Shown here: positions 1 to 11,640 of the stretch, in pieces | How positions within the stretch are numbered: position 1 is the stretch's first letter | How the letters are laid out: every line of letters begins with the position of its first letter | Assembly: GCA_951406725.2 (NCBI GenBank) | Contig: OX597814.1 | Location: forward strand, 186,062,001 to 186,126,000 | Length of the DNA: 64,000 bases | Origin: Octopus vulgaris | Taxonomy: Eukaryota | Direction of reading: 5' to 3' | The notes under the pieces: generated by a model | Database searches by the model: none | The model's input: the letters and a program-made list of their open reading frames with translations, nothing else | Told to the model about the DNA's origin: nothing | Translations under genes and position numbers: made by a program

Positions 1-202
1 CCCCACCTGCAAGGCCATGCACTGTTTATCTTTATATGAAATCACCATGTTACAGACATATGGTTGTGATGCATGTGCCTAGTGTACCCTTATCAGATGG
101 ATAGTCATGATGGTTATATTGGGTTTCATATATTTGTACCCAAGTGTCACTTTGATGGAATGCACTGCTCTCTCATTCAATAATAATAATAATAATAATA
201 AT
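1..202 (+). mobile_element. 3' end of an interspersed retroelement with (TAA)n tail, truncated by the window edge
   Basis: GC-richer 180 bp ending GCACTGCTCTCTCATTCAA-(TAA)n; the class is inferred from the tail only. Confidence 0.35.
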
Positions 203-898
203 ATATATATATACATACATACATACACATATACATATATATATATAAAGAAACTTTAAAGTGCCAAGTGAGTTGGTATTTTACAGAAAATAAAGAAAAT
301 CTCAAATGCAAAACAGCTTAGAAGATCAGGTAAATACCTTTAGAAGCCGTTACTGAGAATCAAACCCTGTACCACTCAAATTCAGGTTGAGCACTCTGTA
401 CCATATATTTTAAGCTATAGGGAGTGCATCTAAGTCTATATTATCCAATGTATCTTTCATTTATTGAGATTATAGATTGTGGTTTGTGCAAGATTTAGCT
501 GCTTTTCTGCAGATCAAATAAAAGCATGGACATTTTTTCATTATCTCGTCTTTATTTACTCACCTTTTCTTTTTTATTGGCCAGACCTAATTGAAGATAA
601 GAACCCTTTCTTTATTTTTCATTTTGCTTTTCATCTTCTCATTTTTTTTTTGAAAGAGCATTCTACTGCAAAACAAATTCTTAAAATACAATAAACAGTA
701 AAGTTCTCAGAGTTATTAGGTTATTAGGTACTTTACAGAATTTAGTTCTATGGTTTTTTTGTTTTTTTTACTTTTAATCTGAGTTCAACTCTTGATAGAT
801 CAAGAAAATAATTATCAGTAATACTACCTTTATACTTCTTTTTTTTACAACACTATGATAAAAATTGATATAAAGGAAAAAAATCACAGTAAGCAAAT

Positions 899-1013
899 AA
901 CGATCATATCACGTTGAAAGCACCAATTCTCATCTGATCACCGAAGTTAAGCAACATCGAGCCCAGTTAGTACTTAGATAGGTGACCACTTGGGAAACCT
1001 AGGTGCTGTAAGT
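899..1013 (+). pseudogene. 5S rRNA-derived copy (pseudogene or head of a SINE3-like chimera)
   Basis: ACGATCATATCACGTTGAAAGCACC..TCTC.TCTGATCACCGAAGTTAAGCAAC..GCCCAGTTAGTACTTAGATAGGTGACC..TGGGAAACC.AGGTGCTGTAAG is colinear with metazoan 5S rRNA. It has multiple transitions, including two G>A in box C, and no oligo-T terminator. Confidence 0.9.
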
Positions 1014-1020
1014 ATTACAA

Positions 1021-1073
1021 AAGGCAGGGCTCCAGCATGGCCACAGTCAAATGACTGTAAAATAGTAAAAGAG
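1021..1073 (+). mobile_element. family A SINE 3' tail fused to the 5S copy
   Basis: AAGGCAGGGCTCCAGCATGGCCACAGTCAAATGACTG..AGTAAAAGAG matches the tail of the family A copies (e.g. 47541-47595). Confidence 0.8.
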
Positions 1074-1119
1074 ACAGGAAGACCAAAAATTAGTCCTATA
1101 CCTAATCAAAATATGTCTG

Positions 1120-1325
1120 TATGAACTGGGTCGGATGGTGGCTCACTTGAGTTGTGGAGCGCTCACTGGTGAAATTAGGATTACTAACCTGGATTTTGCA
1201 GATGTTGCAGTTATTCTTGTTGGGTTTCTGGATGTCTGAAGGAGTACTCTCCTTTCATTGAGTGAGGAAGAAGAGCTACTTGACCTTATAATTTTGGGGG
1301 TCAAGGGAAAGATCAAGTCTTTTGT
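1120..1325 (+). mobile_element. RTE-clade LINE reverse transcriptase fragment 1 (decayed)
   Basis: Translates GRMVAHLSCGALTGEIRITNLDFADVAVIL...LSEEEELLDLIILGVKGKIK, an RT domain 5 [LDFADD]-like motif and the following helix, with a stop. Confidence 0.65.
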
Positions 1326-1339
1326 TGACTTCATTTGTA

Positions 1340-2170
1340 TGAACTGAATTGTACAGCTGTTGTGGAAGTGGGGTCACAATCAGTGGGTGTAGGATCAGTC
1401 AGCTATTTGCAGGTGACATGGTATTACTTAGCTTATCAGGTGAATTTGGCATGTACTGAATGAGTTTGCTGCCAATCACTGCAATGCAGTATTGAGAATT
1501 AGTACTGCAAAGACTGAGACATTGGTCCTCTCAAGAAAGTCTTTTGATGATGATGATGATGAAGTGGAGAAGTTTAAGTATCTTGGGGCCATATTCACAA
1601 GTCACAGAAAGCAAGAGGCTGAATTAGATGTTATATTTGCAGGTTCAGCATTCAGTCATCAGAAGAAAGGAGTTTGGTAAAAAATTAAAAAAACAGCCTC
1701 GCTCCCTTCAATTCAATTTTTGTGCCCATCTTCACCTATAGTCATAAATGATGGTAGCAACCATAAGAGTACGATTATGAGCACAAGCAGCCGAAATGGG
1801 ATTCCCCAAAGGATCTCTGGAGTAATATTACTCAATAAGGCACACATCATAGCTCTGAGATCAAGGACACTCTCCAGGTCAAGCTACATCTTCTGCACAT
1901 TGATAGGTCACAGCTCCAGTCCTATGGGTTAGAATGTTGCAGGGAAGGATTGCAAGAACGATTCATCAAGCCAAACCAACCAGCAGGAGACTTAGGGGTA
2001 GACCAAGAATGAGATGGTCTCAGTTGATCAAACTTGGTCATAGTTTCAGTTGGTCATGCTTGGGAATCTAGCCAGAAATTCTAATGGTGGTTGCTTCTGA
2101 CAGAACCCAATGATAGGGTACTTGAGGACTCTACTTCTATCACCCTCCTGGGATTAGCGGGCAGAGAAGA
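1340..2170 (+). mobile_element. RTE-clade LINE 3' portion, second family (decayed RT and C-terminus)
   Basis: Frameshifted motifs QLFAGDMVLL, MRISTAKTETLVLSR, VEKFKYLGAIFTS, ERIARTIHQAKPTSRRLRGRPRMRW. Confidence 0.8.
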
Positions 2171-2995
2171 TGGTTGGTTATATTGTTGGATGGAGATAAT
2201 TAAACCATGTAATTTTAAAATAGCCCTTCATTTCAGTTAAACCTTTGTGGTTTATAATGCATTCAGTTACATATAGCCTTGAAAACTTTTTTTTTAATAT
2301 CCAGTTGCTTTGATCAAAAAAGTTTGAAAAATGATTTTTCCTTAATTATAGATAGTAAGTAAATTTCACTACAATAATTGGTCATCTGTGTATGTATGTG
2401 TGAATCTAAGCATAAATCAAATTTAGGAAGAGTAGATAGGCCTTTCTGATGTTCTGTGTAAGTTTATTAGCAATATAATGGTAATGCTTCTAAATGGAAT
2501 TCTTTTAGTTCATTTTAGCTATCACAGCCAAAGCCATGTTGGCACATGTAGAGTTTGATGATCTCAGATTTAATTTTCTAAAGAACTTATACCAGATGCT
2601 GGTAGCTACCTTATTTTGTTAAATAATGGTGAATTATAGAAGTTAAGTGAATAAAATAATAGGCTTTCTGCTGAAAAGTTGAAACCTAAAATTAAGGCCT
2701 ATATCAGGCACTGATTATGCTCTGAGTAAAATGCTAAACTAATCATTTGTTACTAAATTGAGAGCAGACCAAATGAATAATCTATTGGCAATACACTAAG
2801 GTTGTTAGAAATTGCTGAGTAATTTGGTAGTTTCTTTTATACAAGAACAAATGAGCATCAAATAATGTTACACACTGAGAGATCAAATTAATGTATCATC
2901 TCACCTGTGTGACGAGATCCATATGTGACTTGCATATGTATTTGCTTAAATATAAAGCATTGATCAACCAATGAATCAATCAATCAGTTAAAATT

Positions 2996-3026
<31 letters not shown>

Positions 3027-3027
3027 G

Positions 3028-3178
3028 AGACAACCTTTGTGATGATAGGTTCAGCTCCTCTCCTGTAACTTGTTTCAGAAAAAATAACTTTACAAATTGT
3101 ACAAAGGGAACTTCTGACATTTTAAAATATATGAATAATGATACATCTAAAACTGAGATTTTACCCTATACATCATAA
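3028..3178 (+). CDS. possible terminal coding exon (unknown protein)
   Basis: T-rich tract plus AG, then 49 open codons (DNLCDDRFSSSPVTCFRKNN...EILPYTS*) and a downstream AATAAA; no recognisable homology. Confidence 0.15.
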
Positions 3179-3811
3179 AAACAGACAAATAATTGCTTTA
3201 AAATATCAATTCAGACAAATGTATGAAGACAAAATATCTATAAAATTATAAACTATAATTTCATACAAAAAGACTAAAGAAGTTTTAAGAGACAGGATGT
3301 TATTTCAATCGGCATATTAAATATTTTTTTGAATATCTTTATTTTGTTTTTGTTTTAATGCCATTAATAAATCAATGGATAAAATATTTATTGTAATATT
3401 GTAAGAAACGAAGAAACAAAAAAAAAATATTTAATCAATTTATATGATTTTGCTATGAAAACAAAGAAACATTTATTGCAGGGAATACCGAAGAAACTAA
3501 TATTGTTAAAGATGGTGTGTTTTAGAATAATGTTGGTGTTGAAACCCATAAGACAGATATAATTGTATTATTTAGCAACCAGTCCACTAATGTTGAAAAC
3601 TAATTCTATTCTTGTTTCACTACTTCTTTGTGTTTATGTTTTCATTGATTATATATATTAAAGAAAACAAATAAACAAAGCAAGTCTACCATAGTCTTTT
3701 CAGACAAACAGACAGACAGACGGACGGACTGACAGGTCAATAGCGTATAGTTCTTCAATTGATGTACTCAAGACATGGCTCCTATCCTCACCAAACTAGT
3801 CTTTCTTTCTT

Positions 3812-3855
<44 letters not shown>

Positions 3856-3864
3856 AATATATAT

Positions 3865-4006
3865 AGGAAGGGCATCCAGCTGTAGAAACTCTTCCGAATC
3901 AAGATTGGAGCCTGGTGCAGCCATCTGGTTCACCAGCCCTCAGTCAAAATCGTCCAACCCCTGCTAGCATGGAAAGCGGACGTTAAACAAGGATGATGAT
4001 GATGAT
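3865..4006 (+). mobile_element. family C SINE-like element, 3' part with (GAT)n tail
   Basis: AGGAAGGGCATCCAGCTGTAGAAAC...CCAACCC.TGCTAGCATGGAAAGCGGACGTTAAAC-(GAT)n, shared with the 40.2, 42.8, 53.0 and 62.2 kb copies. Confidence 0.85.
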
Positions 4007-4926
4007 ACATATATATATATATATATATATAAAATTTAAATTAAAATTAAAATGAGGGTGAAAAATTGGATATTAATTTGATAACATCAATTTAACACCA
4101 GTGGTCTAGCATATTAAAAAACTGAGGTTCAGTAAATTGTATTACATACATATGAGAGAGATGACCACTATGTGGACAACCCTAATGCTAGAAGTAGATC
4201 TGCCGCTATGGTCTTACCACTAAGAAATGTTCTCTAGAAGATTTAGAAAACACCAGAAACGTAAGTGAGCAAGAAAAATGAAAAGTAACAAAAATATAGA
4301 TTAATCTGTAATTTTACAAGAGTGGATGAGAGTATCTACGAAAAAGGCAAGTTAAGATCAACATATGCATGCATGCATACACACACACACACAAATATGT
4401 AAGTGTCTATCACTTTTATTTTAGAATATTTACACTGGTTCATTTCTTTGGAATGTGTTTAAAAAAAAATGATTTTTTTCTTTTTTTTTACCCATGACAC
4501 CTGAGTCTGAATAGAGATAATTCTCTTATCCTTCATTCCTATAGGGTTCTGCATGAATTCTATAGCCATCATCTCTTGAAATAGTTTTGAAAACAGGTGT
4601 GGTATAGATAACACTCACTTGTTCTATCATGAAAGCATCGGTCTGTTCATTTATTCAAACAGGGTCCTAGAAACACTGTTTATATTGAATGGAAATATAA
4701 CACTTTCTAGCAGAACACAATTCTTCTTCCAATATCGTTAGTTTGTGGTTCCAATTTGTGACCTTTTGACATTTGAATTATTAATAAATGGTTTGTACAG
4801 CAGAAATCAAAAGCAATTTGAAACTGTAATCACAAACTTATATATATGTATATATATAAACACACACACATATACATATGTGTGTGTGTGTATGAATGCA
4901 TATGTTTGTATATGTATACATATATA

Positions 4927-5129
4927 TATATTCTGTTGTGTGTGGGGAGAGTCATTTTCGTTTTGTGCCTTATAATATAACACACTCACCGGTAAAATTT
5001 CCACTTATTTGTTATTTTTATTTTCCTACAATAAAATAAGAAATAAGTGGAAATTTTATTTTAGCGGTGAGTGTGTTAAATTATAAGGCACAAAAAAAAA
5101 ATGACTCTCCCCAGACACCACAGAATATA
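4927..5129. repeat. fold-back element with ~95-bp inverted arms, in a (TA)n context
   Basis: TATTCTGTTGTGTGTGGGGAGAGTCATTTT...CCACTTATTT is mirrored by AAATAAGTGG...AAATGACTCTCCCCAGACACCACAGAATA. Confidence 0.85.
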
Positions 5130-5253
5130 CTTCAACATATGAACTCACATAAATAATCTTGCAAACCAAATCCAAAAACGAAATATATATATATATATAT
5201 ATGTATATATAGGAGAGTATTGTAGTTTGCTTGAAGCATTGTGTATTGTTTGG

Positions 5254-5547
5254 AAAGAATAAAATATTTTGAATGACACAACAATGCACTATAATACAAC
5301 AATGGACTATAATAACTGTTGTAATTTAATCATTCGTAGTCTGATATGATATTTCAGAATAAAATTCCTTCTTCAGATATCCCTAGGAATTGATGGAGTG
5401 ACTCCATCAATTCTTAGGGATATCTGAAGAAGGAATTTTTATTCCAAAAATCATATCAGACTATGGATGATTAAATTACAACAGTTATTATAGTCCATTC
5501 TTTGTATTATAGTGCATTGTTGTGTCATTCAAAACATTTTATTCTTT
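5254..5547. mobile_element. ~294-bp near-perfect palindrome; Penelope-like pLTR-type inverted repeat
   Basis: Arms of ~146 bp around a single G at 5400 (..GAATTGATGGAGT G ACTCCATCAATTC..); each arm carries a hammerhead-like motif. Confidence 0.8.
5343..5381 (-). ncRNA. minimal type I hammerhead ribozyme motif (intact core)
   Basis: Minus strand reads GAUAU-CUGAAGA-A-GGAAU(UUU)AUUCU-GAAA-UA-UC-AUAUC: helix I GAUAU/AUAUC, core CUGANGA..GAAA, helix II 5 bp, palindromic AUAU helix III, AUC cleavage triplet. Confidence 0.7.
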
Positions 5548-5555
5548 ATATATAT

Positions 5556-5745
5556 AATGATATGATATGATATGATATGATATGATATGGTACGATATGA
5601 TATAATATAAGATATGATATGATATGATATGAGATATGATATGATATGATATAATATGATATGATAAGATATGATATGATGATATGATATATATGATATG
5701 ATATGATATAATATAATATAATATAATATAATATAATATAATATA
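5556..5745. repeat. (ATATG)n grading into (ATATA)n pentanucleotide microsatellite
   Basis: Direct reading. Confidence 0.95.
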
Positions 5746-6102
5746 TAAATATATGCATATATACATACATATATGTACATACCTACATATATATGTATAT
5801 ATATGCATACATATATGGGTACAGGACATCAAAAAAACGTTGAACACAACAAGAAACGAAAACATAAAAACAAAAACATAGAAAACGAACTTCTTTTTCG
5901 AACAAGAAAAAAACAAACAGAGAAACGAGACATACAACGTAAAGAATATTCCCCTTCATGAGTTGTCCCTGTTTCATCTACTCCATGTTTCGAAGGTAAG
6001 GACAATACGCAACTTCATTGAAACAGTCCTTCCAGCGAATCAAATTAAATAAAATTTGGAATTAGTTTTCTTACTTGTTCTATATGTGTGTGTGTATGTA
6101 TG

Positions 6103-6152
<50 letters not shown>

Positions 6153-6164
6153 CACACATACACA

Positions 6165-6400
6165 CACATCTTCATCAACATTCTCTAACATCCACTTTTC
6201 TTTGCCTTCATGGATCAGATGGAATTTATTGCAGCAGAAGTCAGACAGCCAGATGCTCTTCCGGTCACTAACCTTCACTTGTTTCCAAGCAAGGTGATAT
6301 TTCCTATAGCCAGACATATTTTCTATGGAAAACAGGAAATTAACAACATTGGTTGTATGATGGTTATACTTGTTTAGAATCAGCACATGATATCAATACA
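6165..6400 (-). mobile_element. family E SINE-like element (diverged)
   Basis: Reverse complement resembles 12310-12500 (GGAAATATCACCTTGCTTGGAAACAAGTGAAGGTTAGTGACCGGAAGAGCATCTGG). Confidence 0.6.
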
Positions 6401-6438
6401 AGGGTGTATATAAATACACAAACATTCACTTTTACATA

Positions 6439-7696
6439 CCATAGAAACCTCTGTAATTTATGCAATTGTTCACAAAAATACAATTAAACTTTAGTAGGTA
6501 CGCTAATTATAATAGATCATTTCCAGAATTTTTTTTGAAATTTTTTGGTTGAAAAACGACGTACAAAATGTAAATATTTGTACCAGAAGTTGAAAAGGTT
6601 TTTACAGAAAAAATAATGGCTTAAATATAATGAAGTTGACTTTTATTTAAGCTGGAGGATATAATGCTTACTTATTCTGTATAAATTTACTAAAACCATT
6701 AAATGGTTAACTATTTTTTGAAGTCTGATGCTCATGCTGGTAAACACAGTCCAGGCCATATTTTAGATTGCTTGGTGTTCTTAACTATCACAATGGAGTA
6801 CTAATGACATACATTGTGATATGGATATTCCTGACTGAAGAAAATATAATAATATGGATAATCTTGATTGTATGTTTTTATTTTTGTCTATTTATTACTA
6901 GGTACAGTTTTAAGTTTGTTGTACTGTTTACGCCAATTTTGAACACTGATTTCATTAAAATGCCATTGGGCAGCTCTATTGCCATGTTCAAATGCATATT
7001 CAACATATTTAATTCCTCCTTCCCTATAAACGAATCATAAGTTCTGTCTATAGCGACAATAATGACAAATGACAAATTTTTCATGTTTGCTTGACATTTT
7101 ATAAGTGTGAAAGGGATTAAAATTTCGATACTCCATATCAAAGGTTCCAACAAGAATAGGCAGGAAAGAATTCTGTTTCCATAATCAGTTTGATCGATCA
7201 CCTTCCTCAGTCAGTTGAGTAAAGTGTCATCCAAGCTGATGTTTAATTGGTAATTAAACTTAATTTACAACACCTGTGCATATCTATCAGCTATGTTTTT
7301 GTTGATAATTCTTATCAACAACTTTTCCTATGATCATGATTTGAGAAGACATACAGCAGTATGCTAAAGATCAGACATAATCTCTTGTGGGCAAGAAATG
7401 TAAAATAAAGTTTATTATAAACAACACTAACACATCGTATTTTAATCGCTTTCAATGTGATACCTGCTAAGCAGAAATTATTTTTATTTAATGAAAATTT
7501 AATAAAATCTAATCACAAGTACATGAAATTATGCTGTATATGACTAAATTGAAAACCTTTTTCCTCTGGCCATATCAGCAATTCTGAAAACTTTTGGGTG
7601 CAAATTTTACATGAGTAGCAGCTTTTTTAACAAGTTTTATCCTGAAAATCACCTGCGTAAATTACCCAGGTGCGCAAATTACATGGGTTTTTATGG
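6439..7696 (-). mobile_element. pogo-type (Tc1/mariner superfamily) deletion derivative
   Basis: TA-flanked ~26-bp TIRs CCATAGAAACCTCTGTAATTTATGCA / CCATAAAAACCCATGTAATTTGCGCA. The minus strand near 6890-7030 encodes KYVEYAFEHGNRAAQWHFNEISVQNWRKQ, resembling the Brinker-type DNA-binding domain of pogo/POGK transposases. Confidence 0.7.
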
Positions 7697-7731
7697 TATA
7701 TACATGCATATATAAGTATGTAATATATATA

Positions 7732-8923
7732 CAGGGGTTGGACAAAATAATGTAAACACCAAGCATCATAATTTTGAAATATCTATAAAATTGTCAAAAG
7801 CTTGTTTATTTTTATGCTTTTGATTTATTAGTGTTGCTTCATATGTTTTGCTAAAATTGCTGTTTCTTTTCAGATATCATGAGAAAAAGATAATTAGAAT
7901 TCACTAAAATGACAGATCTATTGGGCTTTCAAAGAGGTAAAATTGTTGGTGCTCATATGGCAGGTGCTAGCATAATGAAAATGGCCAAAATGTTTAGTGT
8001 ATCAAGAAGTACTGTCTTGACTGACAGCTTTTGAGAAAGAGGGAAAAACCTACACGGTAAAACAAAACTCTGGAAGAAACCAAAACAGACTCTTACACAA
8101 ATTGTTAGAAAGGATTGTAAAAGTACAGCTCCCAAAATTACTGCAGGGCTTAATGACCACCTCGAGAACCCACTTTCCACAAAAACTGTTCATTGGGAGC
8201 TGCACAAAGCCAGATTTCATTGGAGGGCTACAATCAGAAAATCACTACTTTCAAAAACAAACATTGCAAAGTGTTTAGAGTGGAGTAAAAACCCACAGAA
8301 GTGGTCCCTAGAGCAGTGGAAGAATGTTATTTTCTTGGGCGAGTCATCCTTTACCTTATTTCCAACTACTGGCCGAGTATACATGTGGAGACAGCCAAAA
8401 GAAGCATTTCACCCAGACTGCCTTCTTCCAACTGTTGAACATGGAGAGGATCTGTGATAATCTGGGTGGGGAGGGGATATATCTTGGAAATCCGCCCGCC
8501 CAATGGTTTCCTTTCATGACAGAATCAATAGTCAAGACTATTTAAGCATTTTATCTGATCAAATTCATCTTGTGGTTGCGGAACTGTTTCCAGAGGAAAA
8601 CACAATCTTTCAGGATGATAATGCACCAATTCGCACAGCTAATGTTGTTACTGAATGGCATGAGGAACATTCTAGGGAAGCTGTACCTCTTATCTGCCAC
8701 CACAATCCCCAGATCTCAATATTATTGAACATTTATGGTGCATTTTAGAAAAACAAGTAAGGAGTTGATATCACTACAAGAAATGGAGACTGTTTTAGCT
8801 GAAGAATAGCTAAAAATTCCTTTGTAAACAATACAAACTTTGTATGAGTCCATACCTCACTACACTATGTTAAAATAAATTTGTTTGAAATGTTAAGGCA
8901 TTTCCATTATTTTATTCAACTCC

Positions 8924-8925
<2 letters not shown>
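7732..8925 (+). mobile_element. Tc1-like transposon, near full length, with a transposase pseudogene
   Basis: TIRs CAGGGGTTGGACAAAATAATG / CATTATTTTATTCAACTCCTG in a (TA) context. From 7909 it reads MTDLLGFQRGKIVGAHMAGAS, WKNVIF, FQDDNAPI, PDLNIIE, with frameshifts and stops. Confidence 0.92.
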
Positions 8926-8968
<43 letters not shown>

Positions 8969-9147
8969 GCTTCTTTCAGTAGCCATCTAATAAATTCTCT
9001 GACAAGGCTGTGTGACCTTCCTCAACTAATTGTAGTCCACCTTACAGTAATAATAATCAACTTCTCTCATTCAAATTCAAAATGACTGAAGATAAGCATC
9101 ATGCACGAAACTCAGAGCACCAACAAATCTGAATCAAACTGTTTTGA

Positions 9148-9194
<47 letters not shown>

Positions 9195-9643
9195 CCACAC
9201 ATATATAAAATTTGTCTTAAGGGAAATTAAATTTCACAAGCAAATTAGGGTTTCTGCCTTCTTTCCTTTTCAATCTAAATCATCTAAAGCAGTTCTTTTT
9301 AATTTATATGTTAGCCTGCCATAGCATATTGATAATTAAAGTTAATTTCATACTCCTCATTCAAGCCTGATCAATCTCGTTGCCATAGAACAGCGTTTTG
9401 AAACTCTCATTGATTTCTATTTGTAGCAAAGTGCTTCAGGGATAAAACTTTCAAATATGAATGTTCTTGTGTAGGTGTGTCTAATATAACATGTGAAGTA
9501 TGTGGGGAAAAAAATACCAATATATAATCAGTTATTTTGCCTGTAACAGAAAATATATTTTTGTTCATTCATGCAGGTACTTGTGAAAAAAAATATGAAC
9601 GTATAAAGAAAGACTATATCAGTAACAGATTGGTTGCTTAGTT

Positions 9644-9666
9644 TGTGTGTGTGTGTATGTGTGTGT

Positions 9667-9750
<84 letters not shown>
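9644..9750. repeat. (GT)n/(GA)n compound microsatellite
   Basis: Direct reading. Confidence 0.95.
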
Positions 9751-9752
<2 letters not shown>

Positions 9753-10435
9753 ATCAGTGTGTTTATTTATCATATGATTTTTTTTCATGAACTGTATTCA
9801 TTATAAGGCATCACCTATCATCTTAGAAAACCTGCGTGCACCACCAGGTATCTGGTACATGTTTCCTGCTCAGCTAACAATTAATTGTTTCTGCCATCAT
9901 TCATTTGCCAGTAGTAAACATTTAGTCGAAATGTTAGCTGAGTAATATGTAAAGCATATCATTAATCACTGTTACGAATAAAGCTGCTGGTTATTGTGGG
10001 TTTTTATTGATTGAATTCAGCATTAATCCACATAATGTTTTATCATGTTGGAAACTCAAATCAGTAGATAAGTAGAGGCTGAGTAGATAAACTGTAGAAC
10101 CACAGCTCATGGGTCAAGAGTTTACATCCATTAAAGGTATTTTGTGTTTCTGGGCAAATCTCTTTAACTTGAATTTCTTTAATTTCTACATTTCACTTGG
10201 CTGTCAGGACATACAAAAGCTGTTTGATTTTGGTATCCTGGACAGAAGCTAAACAACAGTCCTGTGAAAATATTTCTTTTCATTCTAATTTCAAAATCAT
10301 GTAACATTTTCATTAAGTCATTAATGACACTCAGTGTTGTTCCTTAAGTCACTAACATGTTGCCATTCTTATTTATACAGGATTGGTACAATCAATGGAG
10401 TTGCTGAATGGTTAAAGCATTGAAAAAAATCACTA

Positions 10436-11247
10436 CAGTTGAACTTCAGTTTGCAAACACTTCTCATCATAAACAAATTGTTTTACAAACAATTTTTCAA
10501 GCATAAAATGTTCTCAGGTGATGAACAGTGCCTTGAGAAATGAACACACAAGCTGGCAACAACAGTTGGTAGAGGTGCAATGGCCCAGTGATTAGGGCAG
10601 TGGACTCGCAGTCGTTTTGATTCCCAGATCGAGCATTGTGAGTGTTTATTAAGTAAAAACACCTAAGCTCCATGAGGCTCCGGGAGGGGATGGGTAACCT
10701 CGCTGTACTCTTTCACCACAACTTTCTCTCACTCTTTCTTCCTACTTCTGCCACAAAGCAGAGGAACCATGGTGTAACCCACTATAGTGTGGTAAACTTT
10801 CAGACGCTAGTCTAGATTGCGAATCCACTGTACCCCAGGATGGTTCAGCTCTCCACCCGTTAAAAGCCACCATTTACAGAATGAGGATAACAACGTAGCT
10901 TTCACACCCACGCAACTGCCAGTCTATCGCATGTGGGAGTGGATCTTCAAGTTGCACACGCATTCTTAGTAGCTTAGAGTAGGCTTGAATTAGAGATTAT
11001 TCTTTGTGGCTATTGACATGAGTCCTGATTGGAAGAAGAAGAACAACAACAACAGTTGGTGACAAGCTGAGAGTATCAGCAGGAGGGAATCAGTTGCTGT
11101 CTAGCTTTCTCTCAATGTACTTGCTTGATTGAATTTACAGTGCCTTCTTTTGAATTTTCTATGGGAAAAATAGTTTTGGTTTCTGAACATTTCAGATAAC
11201 AAACAGCCTTCAGGAATAAATTAAATTTGTAAGCCAAAGTTCCACTG
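10436..11247. mobile_element. Tigger/pogo-like non-autonomous DNA element hosting a SINE
   Basis: TA-flanked degenerate TIRs CAGTTGAACTTCAGTTTGCAA / (revcomp) CAGTGGAACTTTGGCTTACAA. Confidence 0.65.
10571..11046 (+). mobile_element. family D tRNA-headed SINE with 14-bp TSD
   Basis: Head GGTGCAATGGCCCAGTGATTAGGGCAGTGGACTCGC..TTTGATTCCC (A/B boxes); TSD CAACAACAGTTGGT at 10557-10570 and 11047-11060; (GAA)n tail. Confidence 0.85.
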
Positions 11248-11640
11248 TATATAAAATTTGTTAAAATTTGTTCCCATTCTTCACTTTGCTGAGTTCAAAT
11301 CCTGCCAAATTCAGCTTCGGTTTTCAGCCTTTCAGAGTTGATAAAGTATCAGTCAAATACTGAGGTTGGTTGATAGTAATTCCCTCTCCTCAAAACTGCC
11401 AGTCTGTTGCCTACAATTTATAGAGCTGGCATTGTCTTGTAAGCTTCGATGTTATTGTGTCAGACCAGATGCTTACATTTTACTTTTGTGTCAAATATTA
11501 CAGTGAGGAATTTATCTTACATCATTTCTTGGTTTATAAAATAGTCAGTATCAAATTTCTATTAAAAACTGGCTGTCGTTATATTAAAAATAAATCCTTA
11601 TTATAAGCATATCAGAGGTTGGTGTTATATTATTTTTTTT

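Noticed and set aside
899-1013. Functional 5S rRNA gene
   Set aside because: Single copy, altered 5' end, box C substitutions, and no oligo-T terminator.
5945-6000. Type II hammerhead arrangement on minus (CGAAAC...CTCATGA)
   Set aside because: The core is mismatched and no helix I or III can be drawn.
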